Below, piece after piece: positions 50,592-62,705 of a DNA stretch of 64,000 nt (its first letter is position 1; every line of letters begins with the position of its first letter). Both the position numbers and the translations under genes were made by a program. The notes beneath the pieces are model-generated. The model saw nothing but the letters and a program-made list of their open reading frames with translations. It ran no database searches and was not told the DNA's origin. The stretch comes from Hypanus sabinus (taxonomy: Eukaryota): contig NW_026781263.1 of the NCBI RefSeq assembly GCF_030144855.1, positions 124,001 through 188,000 on the forward strand, in the 5' to 3' direction.

Positions 50592-50673
50592 GCTGCGATG
50601 GCCGAGTGGTTAAGGCGTTGGACTTGAAATCCAATGGGGATTCCCCGCGCAGGTTCGAACCCTGCTCGCAGCG
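50592..50673 (+). tRNA. tRNA-Ser(TGA)
   Basis: GCTGCGATGGCCGAGTGGTTAAGGCGTTGGACT-TGA-AATCCAATGGGGATTCCCCGCGCAGGTTCGAACCCTGCTCGCAGCG. 82 nt, fully paired stems, long variable arm, G73. Confidence 0.95.
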
Positions 50674-52249
50674 CTCACACCAACAATCCCACTGCCAATA
50701 AAATTTAACACCTTTGATGCAGTCTGAGCGCAGCACCCTCTGTGTTCAGTTGAGAACTGCGTATTTTTACACTCTTCAATGCAATTCAATACAATACATT
50801 TGTACTCATTGTGCAATGTTAATTTCTATTCCGACTCTGATCAATCCCCTGGAAGCAGCTTAAACTCTCTGCAGTTCGGAATTTTACTGTCTTGCAAAAC
50901 TAAAAGAATCAAACTCGGAGAACGGATATTTCAGCGTCATTGTCAAGAAGTGGACATCGTCCTTTCGCTCTCCGATTCGCATGGCGACATGTTTAATCCC
51001 CTGTCAGATTCTAATCTCACTCGATTCCTGTGTTATTGTAGTTGTGGCAAAGTCCACCCGAGGGCATTATGTTCTATTTTCTGCAGTGAACGGTTTTAAC
51101 TTCAGTTGTTCGTCAGAGGATGTAAATTCATCACGGGAGGTGAGTCAGTTCAATTGTTCCGAGCTTCTCCAGTGCTACTGTACCCTTCAGCATATATGGG
51201 GAGTGAAATTACCGTCACCGCATCAGAGCCAACCTCAGAAACCTGTACAGATATATCACAATGTTTCCTCTATTTCTAATTCCCAATCGAGTTGCAATGA
51301 ACTACAATCTGCAGTGGCCTTCCAAAATACCTGATCCACCCATCGGCTCGCCATCTCTGTTTCGGGAACAGTTTCCTTTGACAGTCTCACCCCAACAGAT
51401 CGTCCATTATTTAATACCAATCTCAGCGAAGTACATGACCTCACCCATTCCAGCAATAAACACTTTTGTCCAGTTTGCGCCCTCACTGAACGACCCAATT
51501 GCAGCCTAAATATTCTCATTGCAACCCGCTGTCCGGTTACGTTACGTCATCAGCCTCACACAGTAAGGACAGCTCATTAATGAGGGACGATAATAGACCG
51601 TCATGACACTGACGATGAAAATTCCTCCAATCTGCAAAGGAGCAACGTCGACACAGATGGCACCGGATATCAGGTTTGAACCTGGGTGTCTAAGGGTATG
51701 AGACAGAAACGCGCTTTCAGCGGTTCAGGAACAGCTTCCTCCCCTCTGCAATCAGAATCACGAATGGACTTTGAAGTTTTGCACAGGACCTCACTTTATT
51801 AATATACAGTATTTCTGTTTTTGCATATTTTTCATAATGTATTCAATATAGGTAATTGATTTACTTCTTTATTTATTATTATGTTTTATTTCATTTGTTG
51901 TTAATATTATTATTTTCTCTCTCTGCTAGATTATATATTTCATTGAACTGCTGCTGCTAAGTTAACACATTTCCCGTCACGTGCCGGAGATAATATACCT
52001 GATCCTGATTCTCTGTTCAAATATGTCGGTTGTAGCTCTGTACAATGATCAGTAACCAAGTGACCCAGGTAAGTCAGGTGACCTTGAGCCAATGGTTTGG
52101 GGATCCAATGGTTCAACTGATGAGGAACGATATAAGGTTCCGGAGCTTCACATATGCAGGGGTGATAACTCTCCAACGGCCAGAGACCAACCATTGCCGA
52201 AAAGTAGGAGCACACGGACACGTGGAGATCGGGAACATGAGGATCAGAA

Positions 52250-52610
52250 GATGATGAGAGCCATTGGTCGTGTGGATATTAAGAATCTTCTTTTCCCAGG
52301 GCTGAAATGGTTGCCACAGGAGGAGAGATGTTGAAGGTGCTGGGGCGTCGGTACAGAGGAGATGTCAGGGGTAAGTTTTTTTACTCAGAGAGTGGTGAGT
52401 GCGTGGAATAGGCTGCCGGCAACAGTGGTGGAGGCGGATACGATTGGGTCTTTTTAAGAAACTTTTGGATAGGTACATGGAGGTTAGAAAAATTGAGTGC
52501 TATAGGTAAGCCTAGTCATTTCTAAGGTAGGGACATGTTCGGCACAACTTTGTGGGCCGAAGGCCCTGTATTGTGCTGCAGATTTTCTATGTTTTCTATG
52601 TCTCTATGGA
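52250..52610 (+). mobile_element. CR1 3'-end fragment
   Basis: Closely similar to 40520-40860, with a ttctatgtt-type tail. Confidence 0.8.
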
Positions 52611-53189
52611 ATGTCTTGCCAGCGTAGACTCTGTTCCCGGATAATACCTTTTCTCTTCACTGACTGTTCATGGAGTTTCAGGGTTTCCAGTAGGGTGCAC
52701 TCAGGAAGATCGTGTGTAAATCTACGTGCTTTTAGTAGAAATGATACAAGATACTTGTTGGTAAATACAAATTCTCTGTATCTCATTGATTATTGTTACA
52801 AGGGCTGATTCTTGTCAAAGTGACGTCCGTCATTAACATTGCCCACTAACAGGACATGCCGTCTACACAGTGTTACCATCGGGAAGAAGATACAGAAGCC
52901 AGAAAGCTCAGGCTCAGCGATTCAGGAACAGCTTTATTCCCCGTTGCCACCTGTATCTCAGTTTTGTTTTCTCTATATTTGTTTATCCTGTATTTCATTG
53001 CACTGCTACTGTAAAGTTAACATTTTACCGACGTATGTCTGTGATATTAAATCTGGTTCTGATTCTTTAAATGAAAGTCGATTAATTGTTAAAAGCCTTG
53101 CTTTTCCAGACGACTCTCAATGCGTCGGATAATGAAGTGCAGGAGAAATTTAAATAAACAATGGGCCTTAAAATCAGTGCCGACCGCTG

Positions 53190-53970
53190 GATGTTCTCGA
53201 TAGCTTTGCTTGGAAGGGACTCGCCAAGTACTATGTAATGATGAATTGTCCTCGGTGTTCAGACTACGCTGGTCATGGGGTATGAAGGGAAGTATCTGGA
53301 CAAACAGGAACATTAGCGATAGTCAGTATGGATCAGTGCGTAGTAGGTCATGTCTAACCAATCTCACAGAGCTTTACGAGGTAGTTACCAGGAATGGTGT
53401 TGAAGGCAAGTCAGTGTATTCCGTCTACAGGGACTTCAGCAAGGAATTTCTCAAGGTTCCGTAGTGGAGGATGCTGGAGAAGGTTCAGTCGCTTTGCTTT
53501 CATGATGAACTATTAAATTGCTGTCACCATTGTCTACTTTGGGAAACTAGAGTGTGGTAATAAAGGGTGTCTCTTTGTTTGGGGACATCTAAATTAACGA
53601 TCTGGATATTGATGACGTTAACTGGATCAGCAAACTGCCGTTGACAGCAGTATTACCTGTGCAGTTGACAGCGAGGAAGAGTCCCAGAGCATGGTACCTG
53701 AAACGGGATCTGGACCAGCTGGGACAAAGGGCTGAAAAAAAAGCCGATCTGGTTTAACGCAGACAAGTGTTAGATGTTGCAGTTGGCAGGACCAGCCAGG
53801 GTTGGTCTGACACAATGAGAATAGGGCACTGAGGAGTCCGATAGAACAAACGAATCTGAGAACGCAATTCTGTAATTCAATGAAAGTTGCCGCACAGTTA
53901 GACAGGGTCGTACAAAATACTTTTCGCACATTGGCCTGCATAGACCAAAGTACAGAGCACAGGAGTTGCA
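53190..53970 (+). mobile_element. CR1 RT fragment
   Basis: SQYGSVRSRSCLTNLTELYEVVT...VYRDFSKEFLKVP and INDLD. Confidence 0.75.
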
Positions 53971-54094
53971 GGAGAAGAAAGAAGTGCAGATGTGAGATGA
54001 TGAAGGGAATGTCAGACTACAGGAATATACCTTCTCTCATTCGGTTAGGCGGTAAAGACAATAGGTGGGTGTGACAGTGGTCAAATCTGTTGCT

Positions 54095-55560
54095 TCATCG
54101 GTGGTACAGGGGATCATTAGCCCTGATATTATACAACAAAGAGTTCATTTAATCCGAATCCTGTCCTTGGTCAGAAATTGGAAGTGGGAAACCTCGGAAG
54201 TCGTTGGATGCTTGGAGTTGTGGAGACGCCATATTTTTATTGTGTTGAATATTAACTCATGGACGATATATTACTTTCTGCATCTCCTTGTCTTGGAGTC
54301 GAAAGTCTTTACTAAATGATGTATGATTGCAATTACAGATGCTTTTTTTTAACTATTGAACAAATAACGGCATGTCATTTTCTGCGATATTCTGAAATAT
54401 GAATCCATTGCAGATTTAAAGTATAGCACGAGGTATGGACATAATTGAGTTCAATTGAAAGAGAAATAGAAAGTTTACGGCCATGAATAACTTCATGGTA
54501 GTCATGTGTTCCTGTATTTTGTGTGGGATGGATTATTGAATTAATCTTCTTTTTCACGATACATGAGGCAGAACCTTTGTGTCTCCTTGCAAGAAGTGTT
54601 TTCCAGGAACTGCTGCGAAATTCGGAGTCTGTATATCTATCCGAAATTCTATGAACTGAAAATGTATGTGAGTCTCAGGTCTCCACATCTCACTCTCCGA
54701 AGTTCTTTAGAATACGTGTTGAGGCCTTTTACTTTGGAATTCTTTTTCCTGTATTCTCCAATTGGTTTTGCAGTGGTCCCGGTACAGTGAAGAAATCTGA
54801 TTCATTGTTGGTAACGGGGATCATTCGCCCCGATACTGTACAACAAAGGACCCATTTAATCCGAATCCTATCTTTGGTCAGAAATTGGACGTGAGAAATC
54901 CTGCAAGTCGTTGGATGCTTGGAGTTGTGAAGACGTCATATTTTAATAGTGATGAATATTAACTCGTGGACGATACGTTATTTGTGCGTCTCTTTGTCTT
55001 GGAATCGAAAGGCTTTAATAAATGTTGTCTGCTTGCCATTCCAGATGTTTGTTAACAGTTGAATAAATAAGATCATGCCGTTTTCTACGATACTTTTAAA
55101 ATATAAATGCATTGCGGTTTAAAATATTGCACGAGGTGCAGACATAAGCGAGTTCAATTGAAAGACAGAGAGAGAAAGTTTACTGTCATGAATGACTTTA
55201 TTGGAGTGACGTGTTTATTTAGTTTGTGTTGAGGGAGATGATTGAAAACGTGAAAATAAAACGAACATAAGAATCAGAACAGTCGACAGGTGCATGAATT
55301 ATGATCAGGCGTTTGACCAGGTCCCCATAGTACATCCACTCAGAAAGTCAAGAGGCAAGAGATCTGGGGTAAAATTTTGTCTCCTTGTGGGAAGTGATCT
55401 CCAGGAACTGATGCGGAATTCGGAGGCTGCATATCATTCCTAAATACCGTGAGGTGTTAGCGAATGTGAGCGTCAGCCCCCCACATCTCACTCTCCTCTA
55501 CAGAATACGTGTTCGGGCCGCTTGCTTTGGAAGTTGTTTATTCCGTATTCTCCAATTCCC
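54095..55560. repeat. Diverged tandem duplication, ~700-bp unit x2
   Basis: ggggatcattagccctgatattatacaacaaag at 54109 matches ggggatcattcgccccgatactgtacaacaaag at 54817. Collinear through tctccttg..gaagtg..tccaggaactg at 54582 and 55381. Confidence 0.85.
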
Positions 55561-57439
55561 TGCGATGGTTTTAAAGAGGGACAGGAGTCAAACCGAGTGT
55601 TTGCTTTGCTGTCGCAGCGTTTTTAGCTTGTATAGTTTAGTATGTTTCATTTATTGTTGATTTCAGAGGGAGACACGGACTCCACACCGGCCATCTGGAC
55701 ATAGGATCAGAAGGATCGAAATTTGAATGTATCTACACCTGATACTGTTAAACCACGATTCACGGGTAAATGGCATTCGGATCAGTTGTTGTGTAGTTGA
55801 ATTAGGAATTTGGAATTGGCATTTTGGAAAGCTGTTTGTTTTAACGAGCACCGGAAGCTGCTGCTGAACACTGTGAAATGCTGGTTTTAAGTTGTTGGGC
55901 TCCATCGGAGAAGATTGTTTTGAAGTCATTTGCAATCAGTCGTTCAGCGATGTGCTTACGTTTTTCTGCCCTGATTCCATAAATTATCCGGCTGCTGCTG
56001 GATGGCCAGATTATATCGATCATTTCCCTCAGCCCTATTTCCCGGAGCACTGTAACTGCAGAGTTCAAATAGAGTTGTAAATTGTGCCGCAATTGCCACC
56101 CTCTTTGCTCGTGAGGCATGACCTGTCTCTCACAAAGCGATACGGAGCTTATGTCTCTCCAGTTTCTCGTAAATCCATTTCCTAAGAAACTTCCCCAATA
56201 GTGTGCCCAGCATTGAAGTTGGACTCGCTGGGCTATAATTTACAGGGTGATCCTAATCCCTTTCCAGCTCCAATACGCTGATGCCGACTCTGCGGCCCGT
56301 GATAACACAAAGATCATCGCTAAGGGCGAAGCAATCTCTTCCGCACGCATTTCGCAATTTAGCGCGACCGTACACGAGGTCTTACCTATCCAAGTGTTTT
56401 TCTTTTCAAAAGTTGCAGTACATCCTCTCTCTTAACCTAATCATATCGCAGATCACCCCGTACAACGCTGTCCTCACAAACGTCAAGATCCCTCTCACTT
56501 GTGAATACTGAAATAGAGCCTTCATTACCGAACTGCCATCCCTCCCCCGCCTCCAGGTGAACGTTTCATCTTCTCCCCCTGAGCGGTCCTGCTCTCACCC
56601 TAGTCATCATTTTCTTCGCATACATCGAGAATGCTTTGGAGTTCGCCTTAAAGCTACAGAAGACCTTCGGTAGAGGTTGAGGTGAACACTTACCCTCGAC
56701 CTCGCCCCTACAGAGAACGAACCGGAAGCTCTGTACATAGTCCCCGGAGAGTCCCTCCAGGTTAGTTCCTTTTGTTCTTCCGACAGAAGCAGACGGGAGG
56801 CCTAAAATTCTAGGCAGCTGGTTGGGAGCGTCTTGGGTCGCAGGAGGAGGCTAGGCACCCCGGGGTTTCCCTTTGGAAGTGGAAGTAAAAGGGAGAGGAT
56901 TGGGGAGCCGGACGCTCCGATGTATGGGCAACTACGGCCTGCGCAAACTTCTGCTCAGGGATGAGAAGATTCCTCTCGGTTACGCCTCCAGCCTGTACTG
57001 AGCACCAGTTGCGACTCCAACTAATTGACGGGAAAGAAGGCTGGCTGTGTTCACGTACTGCATGGAACACTCAGGGGCCGTCCCGTCGGAGAACTGCAAG
57101 GGGTACCGCACAGGGCAGGTAGGGCTATCACTGTGGAGTGTAGGAGAGAGAGAGAGCGAGTAAAGGTCTCGTCGGAGAACGAGTGGCAGGGCGTCAGGAA
57201 GGTGGAGATGTGAAGAAAGGGTGACGCTGGCGAAGACGGGTTGAGGAGGGAGATCGCGATACGTGTTGGAAAGTGTGGATTCAAGGTGACGGGGAGCGGG
57301 TGGTGGGGGGGGGGGGGGGTCAGCCCGATGGAAAAAGAGTTCATGTTGCACAGGGACTGTACAATAGTGGGAGTGCAATCCCATAATGACTTGCGGGTCG
57401 GAAAGCCCTCTGTCCTTAACGAACATAAGCCTTTTCACT

Positions 57440-58200
57440 CTCAGAAAACCCCACCGTTCCTCATCCCAGTCTCTCTCTGTCAGACCCCAGTCTCCTTTTC
57501 TCTCTTCCCCGCTCTTAGTCTGCCGTCTCTCTCTAAACCATAACTCCGCCCCCACCACTACCTGGGTCTCCCATAATCTCTCCTACCAGTCTCTCTCCCG
57601 CTACTCGCTCTCCAGCCCAGGCATCTCTCCCAGTCTCTTTCTTCTATCTCCCTCTCTCCTCTTTCCCCAGTATCCTGATCGCCTCTGTTTCTCCCCGAAA
57701 GGTCTTCCTCCAGTCTCACTCCCCTCCCACTGTCTCTCCATGTTATTTTCACTCGACCCTCTCTTCCACATCTTTCTTGCCCGTCTCTCTCGCACCCATC
57801 TCTCTCCCATCCCGTCTGTGCCCATGCCTGCGTCATTCTCTTACTCTCATTGACCTTGGCTGTCGTTCAAACCCTTTCTCCGTCTTTCCTGCGGCCCCTC
57901 TCCCTCTCCAGAATATGTTCCACAATTATCTTCCCAGATTTTCTACCCGTCTCTCTTCCCTTCTCTTTTGCCCTCCGTCACTCTCTTCCCCGTCTCTCTC
58001 TTCTCTCCTCTCCGTCCCCGTTTCTCTCTCACTCACGCCTACCGTTTCTCTTCCTCCATCTTTCTCTCGTCTGTTTCTATGTTCTGACAGTCTGTCACTT
58101 CTGCCCCGGTTGCTCCGTTACCCCCAGTTTTTCTCTTACCCTCCGTTTTCGTTCACCACACAGTCTCACCCTCTGCACCAACCCCCCCCCCCCCCCCCGA
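57440..58200. repeat. CT-rich low-complexity tract
   Basis: Strong pyrimidine bias, flanked by G15 (57304-57318) and C-run (58182-58198) homopolymers. Confidence 0.8.
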
Positions 58201-58639
58201 CCAAGGTTCTCTTTCACACCCGCTCTAACCCGTCCTGCCAGTTTCCTTATTTATCATGTAATTTTCTATCCAGATTATTATTATGGATGAACATGCACTA
58301 CATTAACCAAAATGCCACCTGGCTTGCTGATTTCCTCCGGAATTTAGTGCATGTTCATCTATAATAATAATCTGGATTGAAAGTTACAGGATAAATAAGA
58401 AAGAACAACTTACTTAATAGATCCATTACAAATATGTGGAACGTTCTGTCTCTGCGCTCCGACCCGTTTGTCCTGCCTGCGCTGTTCGCCCGGTCTCGTC
58501 CTGTTCCTCCCGGCTTGGAGTTCCCACCGCTCACCTACTAGTTCTGCCAGTACGTTCCCATCGTCACCCTGGTCCAAGTTCCCTTTTGTTCCCTTGCCCC
58601 GTCGGGCAAGTCAGCTAGACTGCCGTTGCCTGACGGGGG

Positions 58640-58935
58640 ACTCTGCCCCTCTTTCCTACCCCACACTCCGAACGGGTGGTACCCCGCACCTGCCCATGTT
58701 TCCCGCGACTTGCCCAGGCCTCTGTGTCCATGCCTGGGAGGCGGCGCTGCCAAGGTGTTCAGTGACCCGCCCGGAGGGCTCTGCCCCTTTCCTACCCCAC
58801 ACTCCGAACGGGTGGTACCCCGCACCTGCCCATGTTTCCCGCGACTTGCCCAGGCCTCTTGTGTCCATGCCTGGGAGGCGGCGCTGCCAAGGTGTTGTGT
58901 GACCCGCCCGGAGGGCTCTGCCCCTTTCCTACCCC
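58640..58935. repeat. ~138-bp tandem duplication (2.1 copies)
   Basis: ctctgcccc..ttcctaccccacactccgaacgggtggtacc recurs at 58641 and 58779, and partly at 58916. A 25-bp x3 repeat follows at 58996-59065. Confidence 0.9.
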
Positions 58936-59476
58936 TCGCCTCCGCCAGGTAGGTCAACCCAGATTGTGGTTATCTGGCGGAGGACTCTGTCTCACCATGA
59001 ACTTCAAGACCCCGCCTCGCCATGAACTCCAGGATCCCACCTCGCCATGAACACCGGGATCCCGTTTCGTCTGCCTGAACCCCAGAGATACCCCTATCCG
59101 CCATGTCCCCCTTGCACCCCATGGTCTCCACATATTATTCTATCCTTTAGTTATTCTTGTCCTTCCCCTAGTACTTCAGTGCCTGCGTCCTGCACTTCCA
59201 CCCATTCCATGTCCTCCTGTGACACTGACTGGTTTACGGCGACACAAAGGAGACTGCAGACGCTGGAAATCTCCTGCGATACACAGACTGAGCTGGGAGA
59301 GCTCAACAAGTCAGACAGCATCTACGGATGGGAATATGCAGTCGACGGTCAGGCCGAGACCCTTTATGAGGACCGGAAGAGCAGAGGGATAAACAGGAAA
59401 AGGAAGATTTACAAACTCGCTCTCTCTCCGCATTGACGAATCCAGTACGGCGCAGCAGACTGAAGCACTCCAGCTG

Positions 59477-60575
59477 CAGTGCCTGTGAAGTGTATTCACC
59501 CCTTGGGATTGATAAGATTTGATTGTTTTACAACAGTGAACCTCAGTGGATTTAATTTGGCTTCGTTGACACTGGTGGACAGAAAAAAAAATCTTCGTGT
59601 CAAAGTGAACAAAGATCACTAGAATGTGATCTACATTAATTACAAATATAAAGCAAAGTAATTGATTGCATAAGTATTCACCCCCTTTACTATGATACAC
59701 CTAAGCATCACTGCTGTAGAGATTTAAAAATCGCCAGAGAGTAGTAAATCTGTGGAATTCTCTTCCACAGACTGCGGACGAGTTCAAGGTCGTGTGTATG
59801 TTTAAACCGAAAGTTGATCATTTCCTGGTCGGTCAGGGGATCAACGGATAAGGCGAAAGGTCAGGTGTGTGGGACCGATTGGGATCCAGAATCAGCCATG
59901 ATGAACTGGCGGAGCCTATGCGCCTAATGGCCTAATTCTGCTCCTGTGTCTTCAGATCTTATGGAGCATCCAATGAGTCATATAAATAGTTAAATGGAGA
60001 CCAAAGTGTACAGTCAAAGTGTTTCGCTTTAAGTTTGTCAAAACACACCTGCACCTAGAAGCTGCAACTGCTGGTGAGTATGTATCCTGACAAAAACTAC
60101 ACCACGAAGACAAAAGGACCATAACGGTTATTGAAAAGCACAAGTCAGGAGACGGATAAAGAAAATTTATTGTAAAATCACTAAATATCACTCAGAGAAG
60201 TGCTGAGACAATGAGCAAGAAATGGAAACAATATGGCACGGCTACAAATGTGTCGAGAGCATGCCGACCTCAAGAACTGCAAGACGGGGACTAGTGAGAG
60301 AGGCCACCCTACAGACCTGTGACAACTCTAAAGGAGTTACAAGCTTCAGTGCCTGAGTTGACGGAGACTGCGCATTCAATAACTATTGACCGGGTGCTTC
60401 ACCCGTCGCATCTTTATGGAAGAGTGGCAAAGAACAAGTCACTGTTAAAAAGAAAACTCACATGATATCTTTGGAGAAGGCATGTGGGAGGTTCTGAAGT
60501 CAGCTGGAGGAAGGTTCTAATGTCTGAGGAAACCCAAGTTGAGTTTTTGGCTATCAAACAAAACGCTACGTCTGG
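59477..60575 (+). mobile_element. Tc1/mariner (IR/DR-type) transposon remnant, interrupted by a CR1 3' piece (~59720-59955)
   Basis: TIR cagtgcctgtgaagtgtattcacccc with inner repeat aagtattcaccccc (59672). Transposase pieces VIEKHKSGDG, KKWKQYGT, LVREAT.RPVTTLKELQAS, LYGRVA and SWRKVLMSEETQVE. Confidence 0.85.
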
Positions 60576-61795
60576 ATTCCATATCAAATGTAATGTATCT
60601 GAAGCCCGGGAGATAGCAAATGTGTCTTTATATAAAGGAAGCAGAGATAAGCCTGGAAACTGGTGAAGAGAGCCTTTGAATAGTGGAGAGTCATCTAATA
60701 GATGGGACTCGGATGGGCAGGAATTACCTGCAGAGACATGTAGTGTCTCCGGCGGGGATTTAGTTTCACAGAATGGGCAAGGGAATGACAGATGGAATGC
60801 AGCCTCCGGAAGTGTGGGGTATACACTTTGAAACGAACGATTAATGTGTAGAAAAGTTTCTGACTTGGGAGAAAATTAAGAACTCAGAGACATATGGCCA
60901 TGGATGTCCTGGTGACCATCTTGCAGGTTAAATTGGTGGTAATGAATGCAAATTCAGTGTTGGCATTCATTTCTATTCGATTTTGACTCAACAGAAGTTG
61001 TGGAGGTCAAGTCATCCTTGCAGCTAAGGAAAGTATAATAAAGTATTCTTGCCTGCTGAGGAAGGAGACTGGGATTGAGGAACAGATCACACAAACAAAT
61101 AAACACGGAACAGGTTAATGGTACGAATGGCTCTGTTCCGCTCCTGCATCCAATGCCACTTGATCGTCTAAATTAACCATTGGCTCTTTGCCCATAACCT
61201 CAACAAAGTGTTCATCAGCGGCTTCCACCATGTTGCGGTCTTTGAGATGCGTTGTTCCCTCCTTAGGAACAGACGGGAAAATATAAATGACCGTGCCTTC
61301 CTCGCAATGTCATGCAAACTACCGTCAGAATTAGATATTTTGTAAATGCTAGTTAGACCTTTTCTGAAGCATTCTCAATTCAGGTAAGCATCACAAATTT
61401 GATACCAACATACTGGACACAGATACACTCACAGTATTTCCTTCTGAAGGAAATACTTCCGCAAGGTGCGCGGCTTCCTCTCCGTTGCCAAGAAGAAACG
61501 ATGCTGTAGGTCATTTGACTGATCAGTATTAACACTGGAGAGCCGGATTCTTCATCGAAAGACGTGTGGCCGGGAAGAAGGCGGAGATATGGGAACAATA
61601 AAACGAAAATTTCGGGTGAGTTAACCAATTGGTAGGAGGTTGAGGCCGCGATCTGTAGGTGACGAAGTGTCTGTTCCCCCGTCATGTCTCTCTCGGGCTC
61701 TAAACCAGTTTGATTCTCGCCGCTGTCACGTTTCCAATGACCGCCAATTCTGTAGTGTTATGGTGGAAAACACAACCACCTCCTCTGAGAAGAAC

Positions 61796-62705
61796 TTAAA
61801 TATTCTGTTTCTTAATTAATTGAATAATTAACGTGAGCGGGTATTTCACTGCGCTGATGAACTGCTCTCTGAATCTGGACTGAGTTATTCCATAAATAAA
61901 CGTGTTAGTGCAGCAACTTAATATCACCAGCATCTGTCCAGAGTGTTCAAATGTATATTCAGAATCGTTGTAATTATTCTGATCCAACCCGGCAGTGGTG
62001 TATAAAGGAATTCGGCAACAGTCACCGACCACAGGATGATGAAGCTTCCGGAGATGGTGAGAAGTAAGATCACAGACCTCCTCCGGCTCTCCATCTCCGG
62101 GTCACTGCGGTTCTCCGCCTTACACTGACCCCTCAGCACCTTACGGACGCGACTGGTCACTAAAATGTGTCTGACGGTCAGAGCGTTGAACAGTAGTATT
62201 AACACGAACGGGAGTAATGGCGATAGAACTGTAGTAAGCCAGTCATATCCCACCGACCCTGGATCCGTATAGTAGCTCGGCTTTGTAATACAGTCCCAGG
62301 GTATATTTTCAACCACTTTCGCGGGATGATAGATAAAGAAGTAGGGCACATTATTGAAACAGAACAGAACGCCGATTGCTGTCAGAACCACAGCCGCAGT
62401 TTCTCCCGTGCAATACGTTATTTTCCGCTTCTGACAACAGATGGCGACAAACCGATCAAACCTAAAAGTGACAGTGAACCAGACAGAGCAGTCTGTGGCT
62501 GCCAGTCCCAATGCAGCGATCGCACTGCACACGGGGGTGATGTCCAGGAAAGTCCCGGGGAAGTAGTAATAACTGATCCTCCATAATATTACCCGAAAGA
62601 TAATGGTTAGTAGATCCGCCGTTGCCATGGCCACCAGGTAGCGAGTGGTGCAGATGGAGAGGCCGCAATTTCCCCGGGTCAGAATAACAATCGCTGCCAA
62701 ATTCA
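61796..62705 (-). pseudogene. GPR139-like paralogue 5, exon 2 (one -1 frameshift; exon 1 not identified)
   Basis: Minus-strand acceptor cccccag|TGAAT. VNLAAIVILTRGNCGLS...DCSVWFTVTFRFDRFVAICC...DPEMESRRRS...ILWSV. Frameshift at ~62003 into YTTAGLD...SCCTNTFIYGITQSRFREQ. Most similar to paralogue 1. Confidence 0.88.

Noticed and set aside
56980-58364. Several 100-195 aa ORFs
   Set aside because: They arise from CT/GA-rich low-complexity DNA and show no domain motifs.
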